DNA of 64,000 nucleotides from Lama guanicoe (lineage: Eukaryota): assembly GCA_013239625.1 (NCBI GenBank), contig MU053881.1:7835957-7899956 (forward strand), in the 5' to 3' direction. The notes under the pieces are model-generated. The model was given only the letters and a program-made list of their open reading frames with translations. It searched no databases and had not been told where the DNA came from. Positions 36,464 to 48,070 of the stretch are shown here, piece after piece. How positions within the stretch are numbered: the stretch's first letter is position 1; each line of letters starts with the position of its first letter. Position numbers and translations under genes: made by a program.

Positions 36464-38559
36464 GAAGTCCCAATCTGTTTTCTGGGACTTTAGTGCCAGG
36501 GAGTATATATTCAGAGAGGCAGAAACAAACCAAAAATCTCATAACCACCGATCAGGTGAAAAGGTGGCTCGTGTTCCCTGCTCTCAGAGTGAGTCACTAT
36601 TAGAGTGGCAGGTCTGTGCATAAACAGGTTCCTTCAGGCGCCAAATGACACACCAGCCCTTGTAGCTGTTGTTAAGTTTCATCTCCTAGTGATGGCCATG
36701 GTCCTAAACCCCCAGACCTGCATGTCATCCAGACTCCTGGGTCCTCCCTTCTCCCCGGAGCAGAGCAGACCACTGGGGAGACCACATGTTTCTATCCCCT
36801 TCACTTAAAGCACAGACGGAGCTCTGTGCCTTGACTCCTTTCTCCTGGGCCGACAGCCCGGTTTGGCCTGATCCTACCTAGGATTTCAAGAAGAGCAGGA
36901 CAAAAATCACTGACTACAAATTTTCTGGCCACTTCTTGGTCTCACCTGGTCTTTCAAAGGCTGTTCGGGGAACCCTCGAAGACTGAAGGGAGCATTTGAG
37001 CCAGGGGGCCCCTCCAGGCACTGAAACAGGAGGGCCAAACTCAAAGACTGGAGCGCGGTCTTGGCACCATCTGCCGAACACTTCTCCCCCAGAACACAAA
37101 CATCTTCGTTTAAGACTTCGATAAATGTGTCTCACCCGACCTGTCCAATACAAATTATCAGGGAAATGAAGCCTCTGTTATACCCAGACGTTGGAAAGGT
37201 ACACATTTCAAAAATGCTACAGTAGAAAGCATACATTATAAAATCAAGGACCAGCAACACCCTCTGGGCCCCTGTCAGAGTGTCTTTTCCTTGTAATGCC
37301 AACTCATGCTTAGAAAATGTCTGGAATATTCTCAAGTGCCATTTAAAGGGTCAAGGGAGAGAATCGGGAGTTTTCAAATCTATTAAATCTCTCTGAATTC
37401 ACTGGCAATATTCAGAGCTCACTTTGCATAGGAGAACGCGAGAGTTCTCCTGCTGAGATTAGAGACCTGCAGGTGCCATGAAACAGCATTCGTCGTTCTC
37501 CAGGGAAGGGGAACCCTTGGCTGTGGGTCGGGTACGACTTTAAACAAACAGAATTCTGGCTCACACCACCCTCCCATCAGCGCCTAGAAATCCTCCGTTC
37601 CTCTCCCCACTCCACCCCTGGATCAAATTTGAGGTGAAGTTCAGGTTGGCAGCAGCTTGGCTTCTGCCATCATGTTCAAATTCCACTATTTCTGGCCCAA
37701 ATTTGCTTTTCCTGGCAGACTTGAGCCACGTCCCAATGCAACATATCCACGGCTTTCAAAATTACAGACAAAATCAGCTGGCAAGAGGTGTAGGGGCAGA
37801 GGAGGGAGGGGTGAACAGCCAGGGTAATTGCTGTGAATGGTCCTGTGATGAGGATCTATTTCCAGGAAGTAATCTCTGCTCACTCACTTCCGGTTCAGCT
37901 CTCCCAGCACCAGGAGCAGAGCCATGCTTTTTTACAGACTGTAAGCCCATTGTGAAGTTATGTGTCCTGGCAGTTTGTAAAGTCGTGTTTTCTTTATCTT
38001 TAGTGGTGCCCCAGGCAAGCACACACGTTTGTCCACGCTGTCCCTGACTCATCCAGCAGGACCGTCCCTCCCAGCCTTTCACGGGAAGCCACGCTCCTCC
38101 GGGACCCAGGGCAGCCTCTGAGTCTCCGTGTGTCTCCGGTTGAGGGTCCCCAGCCCATCCCGGGTGTGGTAGGCATGAAGGAGTCTGGAGGATGCAGCCC
38201 TCCCTGAAGGGTTCTGTACATCTAAAAAGCTCTGTGGACTTTGAGGCCGGCCCAGGAAAACCTCAACAAGTCAGCTACCCCTTGCTTTTTATTGGCTTCC
38301 CTATAAACAGCTAGGCCACGGCTGCTGTGGGAATCAGAGGGCAGGCGGCAGTTTCATGCTTGAGGGCTTTTCTCTGGCGCTGGTGCCAAATAGTTGGGGC
38401 CTCTTCTCATAATGCAAGCTTGATTAGCCTGGTGCTCCCTCCGACCTCAACCTTTTGTTGAGGGGAAGAAATATTTATGGCCGAAAGAAATGTAATTCAC
38501 AGAAGGATTATGTACATGAACTGGCATCTCACCCATGATGACAGTGGGACTGGCTGTCT

Positions 38560-39430
38560 ACATTTTTCCCATCACCGCCATGTTCTGTCAGCATGGCCTT
38601 CATAAGTCCCCCTCCATTCCTTTATCAATGTCTTCAGGCTTCTAGTCTTTCCCTCCTCAGATCCATCCTCAACACTGTAACAGGGTTGTTCATCCTGGAG
38701 AGAGAGCTTGACACCTTACCCCTAAACATTCAATAGCTCCCTATTTCCCCAGGATAGAGTTCTAACTTTGTATCTGACATCTGAATCCCTACAAAGCATG
38801 GTCTCAACCCATGTTTATGGCCTCATATTTCCACACTGTTTCTGTGGAAACCAGATCAGAGAGCTCATGGCCCCTCAAACACCTGCCTTTACCACATCCC
38901 TGCTCAGAATGATCCAGAATGATGTCCACTGGCTGGACTGCCCTGCAATGTTGTTCCATTCAAATCCTCATCCCTCCCAGAGCATCCCTGACAGCTCCAG
39001 CCTCAGGTCGATCTCCCTCTCTCTCGCTCTCTCTCTCTCTCTCGGCTCCTTTAGCACTTGCAGGCTAGGAACGTATTTCTCACTACTTTGTAGAACACCT
39101 ACCCTAAGTTTGAAGACTGTTCTCTGTCTCTGTGCAGGGCCCCCTGTGCCTGCTTTTCTGGGTGCGCCTTGTCCAAAGTGGAGGTGGGCTGACACGGAGG
39201 TCAGGACCTCTGGCCCGAGTCCAGAGGGTCGAGGCTTGAGTCCCACCAGAGTGTGCAGCCCTGGGCAAGTGCCTTCTCTGGTCCAGTTTCCTCATTTGCA
39301 AAGTGGGGAGTGATGACTCATTGGGCAGAAATAGTTGTGATGCTTAAATCAGATACATTGGCATGGCGCTAAATGCAGTGTTATTATTATTATCCTTATG
39401 ATCGCTCAATAGGCGTGTATTGAATGAATA
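38560..39430 (+). mobile_element. L2 3' region with a nested MIR (~39185-39395)
   Basis: ccatcctcaacactgt..., cattcaatagctccctatt; MIR core cagtttcctcatttgcaaagtgggg; L2 tail gctcaataggcgtgtattgaatgaat. Confidence 0.7.
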
Positions 39431-39489
39431 GAATTCTGCTGATAAAACCCAGGGCCTTTCTGTGGGGTTGAACATTTGGCTCTATCTGT

Positions 39490-39655
39490 GTGTGGAACCC
39501 CTGGTCTGCTTCTGTAAATCTGAGTAAATCTCAGTTTCCTCCTGTGGGGCGGAAACTGGAGAGATTAGGAGTGCCCGCCTCCCAGGGTTGTAAGAATTAA
39601 GTGTGGTGATGGGTGTGAAATGCCTACGCTTCAGAAAGACTCGGTAAATGAGAAA
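39490..39655 (+). mobile_element. MIR SINE
   Basis: tctcagtttcctcctg...ctcccagggttgtaagaattaag. Confidence 0.65.
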
Positions 39656-40589
39656 ACCATGGGATTCCGAGCATCGCTTTGGGTAAAAGGTGAGGCGTGC
39701 TGGCCCATGTGGTGTCTCAGGCTTGTCTTGGTGGGCCTCAGTTTCCCCAGTCTTCACCTTGAGTCTGTTTGGAGGCGGAGGAGAGAGGGAAGCTTCCTTC
39801 TGGCTCTGACTTTATATAAATCTGCTCGTCTGCCCCACTCCCCCCTTTGCCCACTAAGTCCAGACCAGAACTGGGAGAGCTTTGGGATTTCAGAGGCTGC
39901 TTCGCGTTCCTGACTTACAGGTGGGGCCCTTCAAGTGGCTGAGGTGAATGCATCACCTGCTTGGCCCCAGGCAGCTCGCCAGACCCTGCAAACGCTTCCC
40001 TGTGAGCACCCCTGGAAACACACGCTCTGGGCTGTGCGATCCAGCACACAGATGAGCGCCCTGCCTCCCCAGCCCTGCCCTCTCCGTTTCACCAGCTTGA
40101 TCCTAGGCTGGATAATGTTTCTCTGACTGCCTAATTGGGAGAATTTAGCTGGAAAATTGCCATCGTGTTCTCTTTTAAAGGGTGCCAGCAGCCGGAGGCT
40201 GCCAGCTGTAATGTCAGTGGGTAATCCCGGCTTTGCTGCTGCGGATCCAGGGAGCACCCCTCTTTCTTCAGTCTGCTTCCCAAGTGATTAGACCAGACCA
40301 CTGGCTCTGAGAGAAAGGAACGCCAGAGAGAGGGACAGAGGGGCCAAGGACACTCTGCAGGCACTGATGTGGTTCCCGCCCATCCCACATGCCCCACTGG
40401 GAGTGAAATACAATGAACTGGGGAGGGGAGTTCAACCAGGTACCTTGGCCTTCAGGGGCAGTGGTTAGTGCCATGGTTGCTTTTTTTTTTCCCCCACCAC
40501 TGCAAGCCTGAGTTTAACCTAGGTCTGGGGGTTGTCAGGAAAAGGAAAATGTAGTTGTCAAGCCTTATGCCTAAGTTTGAGAGAGAGAC

Positions 40590-41005
40590 AGTGCAGAGTC
40601 GCGTTTAGGAGTGTGGACCCTGGTGCCAGACTGCTTGCCTGGGTTCACATCTAGGTTCTGCTGCTTGTTCCCAAATCTCCTGATCTTGTCACCCATAAAA
40701 CGTGGGCGATAATACTAGCACCTCCCTCTGTCCACATATCAAGGGACCCAGGGTTACGGCGGCTCTGCCACCTTTAACAGGTGACACCAGGATCTTCCTG
40801 CAGGGTGGATGTCAGCCACACAGAAAGCGAGATGCAGAAAGGACTGGCTGAAGGAGGTTTTTATGGGCCAGGCTTAGAAGAGGGATGTCCGACTCCAGTC
40901 ACATTCCACGCTCCAGCATGCAGTCCCGCAGCCCCTAACTAGACTAGGGAAGGTTGTTAGCTGGTGCTGAGGGTGAAGAGGCACTGCCACCCAGCTCTGC
41001 CACGG
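40590..41005. mobile_element. MIR fragment (+) followed by an old MLT1-like fragment (-)
   Basis: gtggaccctggtgccagactgcttgcctgggttcac; gtttttatgggccaggcttagaag...ccagtcacattcc. Confidence 0.6.
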
Positions 41006-41119
41006 AGAAACCTTCCTAGTAAGAGCAGGCATTTACTGAGTACTTGCCAGGTGCCAGGTGCTGATCTAAGTGCTTTGCATGTATTAACTTAATTACTCAA
41101 AATGACATGATGATACTAA

Positions 41120-42135
41120 GTGTATATTATTTATCCGCGAGACTCTTGGGAGGAACCCAGTGGAACCCTCAAAGGGACAATTAAAGAAGATTTAAGGATA
41201 TTTGCACACCCCATATTCATAGTAGCATTTTCTACAGTAGCCAAAAGACAGAAGCAACCCAAGCATCCATTGACAGACGAGTGGATGAGCAAAATATGGT
41301 AAATACACACAATAGAATATTATTCCACTTTAAAAAAGAAGGAAATTCTGACACGTGCTACAACATGATGACTCGAAGGGTAAACCTTAAGGATAAATAT
41401 GCTAAATGAAATGAACGAGTTATGAAAAGACAAATACTGTATGATTCCACTTACATGAGGTACCTTAGACAGAAAATTCAGAGGCAGAATGTAGAATGGT
41501 GGTTGCCAGGGAGTAGGGGAAGGGGGAGGTACTGTTTAATGGATGCAGAGTTTTAGTTTTGCAAGATGGAAAGAGTTCCGGAGATGGGCGGTGGTGATGC
41601 CTGAACAACAATACGAGTATATTTAATGCCACTGATCTGTACACTTAAAAATGGTTAAAATGGTAAATTTTATGTTATGCATATTTTACCACAATTAAAA
41701 ATAATTTTAAAAGAAGGCTAAAGGAGGGGGATATTTACAGAGATTATCGGTGTTAGTTATCGGTGCCAGTGAGCGATGTTTCAGCACAGCAGTAGCAACC
41801 ACGGGAAGCTAATTCACCCACAGACTGAGGGGTGAGCAGCAATGGCGGCTTCTAGAACGAGGTGAGAAGAGCAGCCGTGGGAAAAGGGCCCCCAGCAGGA
41901 GCTTTAGGTATAGAACTCATTCGCAAACTGCAGCCCAGCAGAGAGGAGCTGGGGGACAAGTACCCTGACCCCTGTCCTGCTGCCCATGACTCCCCTGGCC
42001 ACACCCAGCTGGAATCAGAAGGCAGGGGAGGCTGGTGATGTCATCTATTGAGCCGGCCTCCCCAGGGCTCCGAGAAGGGAAGAGAGTGGAGAACAGACCT
42101 GACATTGGGGAGAAGGGACCAGAAAAGATTCAGCG
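41120..42135 (-). mobile_element. Ancient LTR (MamGypLTR/LTR85-like) interrupted by L1, within a split MIR
   Basis: ccctcaaagggacaattaaagaag // ggatatttacagag...ggccacacccagctggaatcagaaggcagggga. Confidence 0.5.
41192..41705 (+). mobile_element. L1MB-like 3' end (ORF2 C-terminus plus 3'UTR)
   Basis: ORF 41120..41302 has HPIFIVAFSTVAKRQKQPKHPLTDEWMSKIW, the L1 ORF2 C-terminus; ends ttaaaatggtaaattttatgttatgcatattttaccacaatt. Confidence 0.92.
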
Positions 42136-42269
42136 CAGCTACCATTGTTCCCACTCTGTGGATGGGGACACTGAGGTAAAGTACCTCACCTCAGGTCACC
42201 CGGTTAGTGAATGCAAAACAGGCTTTGAACCCCAGAGCCTCCTAAGGGAAAGGACAGAAACTAAGATGT

Positions 42270-42412
42270 CATGAAGGTCTACAATGTGCCCAGCTCAAAT
42301 GAGTGAGGAAAGAGGCTCAGAGAGCTTAAGTCGGTAACTTGCCCAAGATCAGGCAGCTCATCAGCGGCAAATCCAGGGTTTCAGACTCCAGAGCGTGGCT
42401 CTTTCTACCAAC
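42270..42412 (-). mobile_element. MIR SINE
   Basis: gaggctcagagagcttaag...aacttgcccaagatc...cagactccagagc. Confidence 0.75.
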
Positions 42413-42875
42413 TTGCAGGGACCTTCAGCCATGCAGTCACTCGCTGTCACCACCATTATCACCAGCATCAGGATGCGGTCCCTGAGCAAGGGCCGCATTG
42501 TGCCTTGTGTCTGGACAAAGGGAGCTACTGTGCACGGACCCCAGGCCTCTCCCACCCCCACTGAGCCTTCGGGCACCTAGTTTGTAACAAGCCACACTAA
42601 ACACAGACACAGAGCGCCATCCACCCGCAGCGGCAGTCACCAGGATGCTGGAGCTGAAAGAGACGTCTGAAACCACGTGTCAGCCCCCTCATTTTCCCTG
42701 GGCCAGAATGACCCACAAGTCCAGGGTGAGTTCAGCTCAGCAGTTCAATTCCCTGAGCACCCACCTAGCTAGTGCCTGGTCTGAACCTGACGTGTTGGGA
42801 GACCCAAGGTGCAGACCCAGGTATCTCACATGCCATGCCATCCACTTCTCTTCACTGCACCACCATCACCGAGAC

Positions 42876-43100
42876 CCGGAGTCCCAAAACCATGACCCAT
42901 CGGCCAAACCTGGCCTGCTGCCTGTTTGAGGAAATCAAGTGCTGTTGGCATGTGATCATGTCCATTTGTTTACCTGCTGCCTGTGGGCTGCTTGCACATT
43001 GCAACAGCTTGGTTGAGTAGTTTCCGCAGGGACAGTGTGGCCCCCAAAGCCAGAAATGTTTACTACCTGGCCTTTTACAGAAACAGCTCGCTGACTCCTG
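42876..43100. mobile_element. MER58A hAT-Charlie MITE
   Basis: ggccaaacctggcctgctgcctgttt...aaatgtttactacctggccttttacagaaa. Confidence 0.85.
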
Positions 43101-43112
43101 ACCTGCACCAAG

Positions 43113-43494
43113 GGTATTCGCTTGCTAGGGCCGCCCTAAACAGAGTGCCCCAAATTGGGTGGCTTAAAATAACAGAAATTTATTGTTTCACAGCTGGGGG
43201 CTAGAAACTCGCGATCACTGTGTCACAGGGATGGCTGCTTCGGAGGGCTGGGAGGGAGAATCTGGTCCAGCTTTTAGACGGTGTTCTCCTTTGGTCTTCA
43301 CGTCCGTTTCCCTCTGTGTGTCTGTCTGTACATTCAGATTTTCGCTTTTGGAGAGTCATGTTGGATCTGGGCCCATCCTAACGGCCTCATCTTACCTTGA
43401 TCATCTCCAGAGATCCTACTTCCAAATGAGGTCACATTGGTAGGTGCTGGAGGTTAGGATTTCAATGCTGGGGGACACAGTTCAACGCGTAACA
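43113..43494 (-). mobile_element. MLT1A/B MaLR solo LTR
   Basis: ttgctagggccgcc...gggtggcttaaaataacagaaatttatt...gggggacacagttcaacgcgtaaca. Confidence 0.88.
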
Positions 43495-44180
43495 CATGAT
43501 TTCTCACCTGGACTATTGCAGTAGCTTCCTAACTGGTTTTCCCACGGCCATTTTTGCACAGCAGCCCAGCTCTGTCCTCACACCCTTATCCTTCACCGAC
43601 CGTCCACATCGCAGATGAGTCATTTCACAGTTTATACTGGATGATGTTTGAAACCCTCCGATGTACACCCAGTGGGCCAAGGCTGAACTCTAACACGGTT
43701 CGCGGTGTGCTGCATGTGGGGTCTGCCCCAGGGTCCTTACCACTTCCCCACACCCCCCACACCTTCACCCTCTCTCTGCTGCAGCCTTGTGGGCCTTCCT
43801 TCAGTTATTCAAACTTGCCAAGCATCCTTCTCTGCAGGGCCTTTATGTAAACTGTTCCTCTGCCTGAGGCATTCCTCACCTCACCTCGGCCTGGTCAACT
43901 CCTACTCGTCCTTCATAGATCATCCTAACCATCCCTTTCTCAGGCACCCTTCCCTGACCTCGCTCACTAGGTCACATCATCCATTACTGGCTTTATAGCA
44001 CCATCCTTAATGCTCTGGGAGTGTGGGTGTGTGATTCAGGGATTGATGTCTCTCTGTCATTAGATCAGATCCTCCACGAGATAAGAACACCATTTCTATG
44101 CTGCTGTTGTTAGCGTTTGTATCTTGGCAGCTAGCACACTGCCTGGCCCACTGTGAGCTCTCTAAAACCACCTGCCAAGG
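43495..44180 (+). mobile_element. L2 3' region
   Basis: tctcacctggactattgcagtagcttcctaactggt...caactcctactcgtccttca. Confidence 0.85.
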
Positions 44181-44467
44181 GTGAGGAGAAGGGAGGAAAG
44201 AAAACGGAAAGACAGGGCTCCTCCCCTAGAGGAGCTCAGGGCCTAGTGGGTGAAATCAGTGTGAAAACAGAAAGAGCCATATAGTGTCAAAAGTGTTATT
44301 ACGGAGCAAACATCTGCGCTTTGTAGGAGCACAGACGAGAGACGCGTAAGGTGAGAGCAGAGTGACAGCAGGGAAGGCTTCCTGGAGGAAGAGGTGCCTA
44401 AACCTCATCTCATCAGAGTCCTTTAGTCTTCCAGGTAGAGAAACAGCATAATGAAAGGCCTGGACAC

Positions 44468-45118
44468 TGTATTACTTTTCTATTTTTGTGTCGCAGATTA
44501 CTACAAACTTACTGACCCAAAACAGCATTTGCCATCTCACCGTCGGTGTGGTCAGGAGTCTGGGCACCGTGTGGCTGGGGCCTCTGCTCAGGGTCTCACA
44601 GGGCTGCCGTCAAGCTGCTGGCTGGACCGCACTTTCCTCTAGAGGCCTCCACCTCCAAGCCCCTGCAGGCTGTTGGCAGAATCCATCTCTTTGTGGCTGT
44701 GACTGAAGGTCCTGCCCTTTGCTGGCTGCTGGCTAGAGGCCACCCCCATGTCCTGGAGGCTTCCCGTGGCCCCTCCGGTGGGGGTGGGAGGGCTGCCTAA
44801 TGTGCCTTGCTTCATCACCCCCAGCGAGGGCTCTGTCCAGTCCACTGAGACAGAGTCTTGTTAAGTGAATGTCATCACAGGAGTGCAACTCATTCCTTTT
44901 GCTCCGTAACACAGAGTGATCATGGGAGGGAATCCTGCCTCCTTGGCTGTACAATTGAACTGAATCTAGGGGTGATACTCCATCACCTCTTTCCTATTAT
45001 TCTGCTTAGGAGCAAGTCACAGGTCCTGCCCTCCTTCCAAAGGAGGAGATCGCCCAAAGACGCAGACCCCAGTTGGTAGAGATCCATCCGGGGTCACTCT
45101 AGGGTCTGCCCACCACAG
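44468..45118 (-). mobile_element. MLT1E/F-type MaLR solo LTR
   Basis: tgtattacttttctatt...ggtcaggagtctgggcac...tctgctcagggtctcaca...gtctgcccaccaca. Confidence 0.85.
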
Positions 45119-45529
45119 AGGCTGGGGAGTACAGTGTGAGGATGCAGGCCATTCCCTCTGTCACCCCCGAGCACTCACTCTCTACCAGGCACCGTTCTTG
45201 GTGCTGGGAACACAGCGGAGAACAAGACAGACCAGCCGTCCTCCTGGAGCTTCTGCACTCAGAGCTGTGGGAGTGGGCCGTGAGAGGGGAGGCGACTGTC
45301 ACTGGGGTGGTGTTTGGGCACCTTCCCGTTGGTCTTGTTGAGCGTGCTGGACCAGCTGCCTCTGGGTCTGCCAGTAATCTCTTCTCTCAGATAGCAATGC
45401 CGGTATCCAGGTGTCAGGGCAGGGACTCAATCCAGGCCGCCTGGCCCTGAAGGCCCTTCTCTTCCGAAGTGCCTTGCTGTCTGGACTGAGCGCACCTGTC
45501 CTTGCCTTCCAGCTGGAGAACTTTGACCT

Positions 45530-45920
45530 TTCACTCATTCTGCAAGTGTTCACTGAGTGCCTGCTCGGCGCCAGACCCCATATTGGGTGCACTGGGGTAA
45601 TAAGTCCCTTGGCGAGCTTGCAGTCTCCTGGAGGAGATGGTCGAAGCTTGAAGGATCACACACGTAGGTGGAAATGACATGTGATTCCATCTGTGATAAA
45701 TGCTAAGAGTCAGCAGCACGTGGTGATGGGAGAGCCCATGGTCAGCAAGATCAGGAAAGGCACCCCGGCCTCAGAGGTTCTTATCCTGAAATGAGGTGGA
45801 AGAAGGAAAGTTAATCAAGTCAAGGGCACGACAAGAGGCAGGCAGAACAGCGATTCAGGCAGAGGGTGTAATGTGGGCAAAGGCCCTGAAGCGGGAGAGA
45901 GTTTGGAGGAGCCAACAAGG
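45530..45920 (-). mobile_element. L2 3' fragment
   Basis: ttcactcattctgcaagtgttcactgagtgcctgct...attcaggcagagggtgtaatgtgggcaaaggccctga. Confidence 0.75.
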
Positions 45921-47394
45921 CGAGTTGGGTGGGAGAACGGAGAGCCAGGCAGCAGTTCTTGCTCGCTGTGGAGTCGGACGGCCAGACCCAAGCAGAGAGA
46001 GCGGAAGGGCCCCAAGCCCTCCTTGTTCCCAGGCTCCCTGTGGTCCCCGCGCGCCAGGGCCTCCCATTCATCATTCCGGAGAGCCCCGCCGTGCCTGCTC
46101 CCTGGGGCCGCCACCCCTTGGGAGAGGTTATCGCCGCACAGAAATCCAGCCAATCCTCTTACCACGTTCCAGGCACACAGCTTAGAATAATAACATTTTT
46201 TCCAAGCCTTCAGAAATGTCAAGCCCACATCTACTTGGAATGAGAGACTAATGTTTCAGCTCTTAGCACCCTGGAAAAATGCAGGCCACAGCTCTGAGGA
46301 AATTAAATAAAGCCAACACGGACATTTGGGTCTGTAAAGGGGGGGGGAAGCTTGATCTTCTGCCCTGTTTGGCACCCCCTCCCCAACACCTTTGGGTTTG
46401 GGAGTAAAAAGCTTGGGTTGAAGGGAGTGTAACCGCAGGGCTGATCTATGAAGAAGAGAAAGGGAGACACACAGACTCCCTCACCTCCTCCACCAGCGGC
46501 GAGGAGCATATGGGCAGTCATGGGGAGGCAGGGACCCGTGTGCCCTGCTCAGCACTAATCAGGAGCAAGCAAGGCCTGGCTGAAGTGGCTGCAAGGACGC
46601 CCAGCGGGGACCATTTCCTGCTCAGGGCGGGCAGCCCTGGATGAGGGGCCGACAGGTGCTGCCTCCTCTGATACTTTTGGCAGCAGCTCACCTGCTCCCG
46701 CAGCTCATCTTGAGATGCGCGTGACCTTGGAAGCTGGGCTTGGCTGAAGGTCCTGGGGACTGCTTTCTGCAGGGTACTGCTGTCTCCTCAGCTCTCTCTT
46801 TGGAGGGTTTATCTGCAAAAGCTGAAGGACTTCTGCGTCTTTTGAAGTTCTGCCCCCAGAGTGGGTGGTATTTTGACCTAGCTGTTTTGACGCAGGGTCA
46901 TTTCGACATGACCTAGAAATCAAGCCGGTAAATTGGCAGCGTATGTTGTGATGCCGTAGCACACTGCAGGAGACGGGGAGCGGGTGACGAGACATGTGCA
47001 GAAGCATCGGGGTTGTGGCAAACTCGAGACTGAGACAGAAAAATGAAGAGGAGGTCAGAAAGAGTAAAGGATCAAAGATGATAGTTGCACTCGATCCTGG
47101 CAATCTGTACAACAATGTATTGCCCACTGATATAGCAGTTATGATTTTGGAATGACTGTGGCAAGAGGGTCATATCAGAATGACCCTCTTTGCATTGGTG
47201 ATGCTGAGGAAGGGTCCATTTGATAGAAATCTTCATAGAGTTGCCCCCTCTCTCCTCTCCTTTCATACCCTTGGCCTAGACTCTCATCATCACTCACTCA
47301 TAATACTGCAATAGTCCCAGCATTGGTCATTCTGTGGTCTGCCCTCCATGTTGCAGCCAGAGGGATTTATTTTCTGAAACGAATCTGTTTAAAA

Positions 47395-48070
47395 GAGAAT
47401 CCTTAACTAAAAATAGACTCACCATATGATCCAGCAATCCCACTCCTGGGCATATATCCAGAAGGAACTCTAATTCAATACATGCACCCCAATGTTTACA
47501 GAGGTACTATGTACACTAGCCAAGACATGGAAACAGCTCAAATGTCCATCAACAGATGACTGGATAAAGAAGTTGTGGTATATTTATACAGTGAAATACT
47601 ACTCAGCCATAAAAGGGTGAAATTATGCCATTTGCTGCATTATTGGATGGACCCAGAGATTGTCATTCTAAGTGAAGTAAGCCAGAAAGAGAAAAAAAAA
47701 ATACCATGTTATATCACTAATATGTGGACTCTTAAAAAAAAAAAAGACAGAAATGAACTTATTTACAAAACAGAAACAGACTCAGAGACATGGAAAACAA
47801 ACTTCTGATTACCAGCAGGGGAAGGGGATAGGAAGAGATAAATTGGGAGTTCGAGATTTGCAGATTCTCACTTGTCTACATAAAACAGATAAACAGGTTT
47901 CTTCTGTATAGCACAGGGAACTGTATCCAATATCTTGTAGTAACCTATAATGGAAAAGAATATGAACAGGAGTATATGTTTGTATATGTATGACTGAAAT
48001 ATCATGCAGTACACTACGAACTGACACAACCTTGTAAACTAACCATACTTCAGTTAAAAAATTAAAAAAG
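47395..48070 (+). mobile_element. Younger lineage-specific L1 3' end (ORF2 C-terminus plus 3'UTR), camelid-like, inserted in L2
   Basis: catatgatccagcaatcccactcctgggcatatatcca; agatgactggataaagaagttgtgg; ctgtatagcacagggaactgtatccaatatcttgtagtaacctataatg; A tail; upstream TTT/AAAA. Confidence 0.92.

Noticed and set aside
38768..39313. 181-aa ORF
   Set aside because: Runs through L2, a CT repeat and a MIR.
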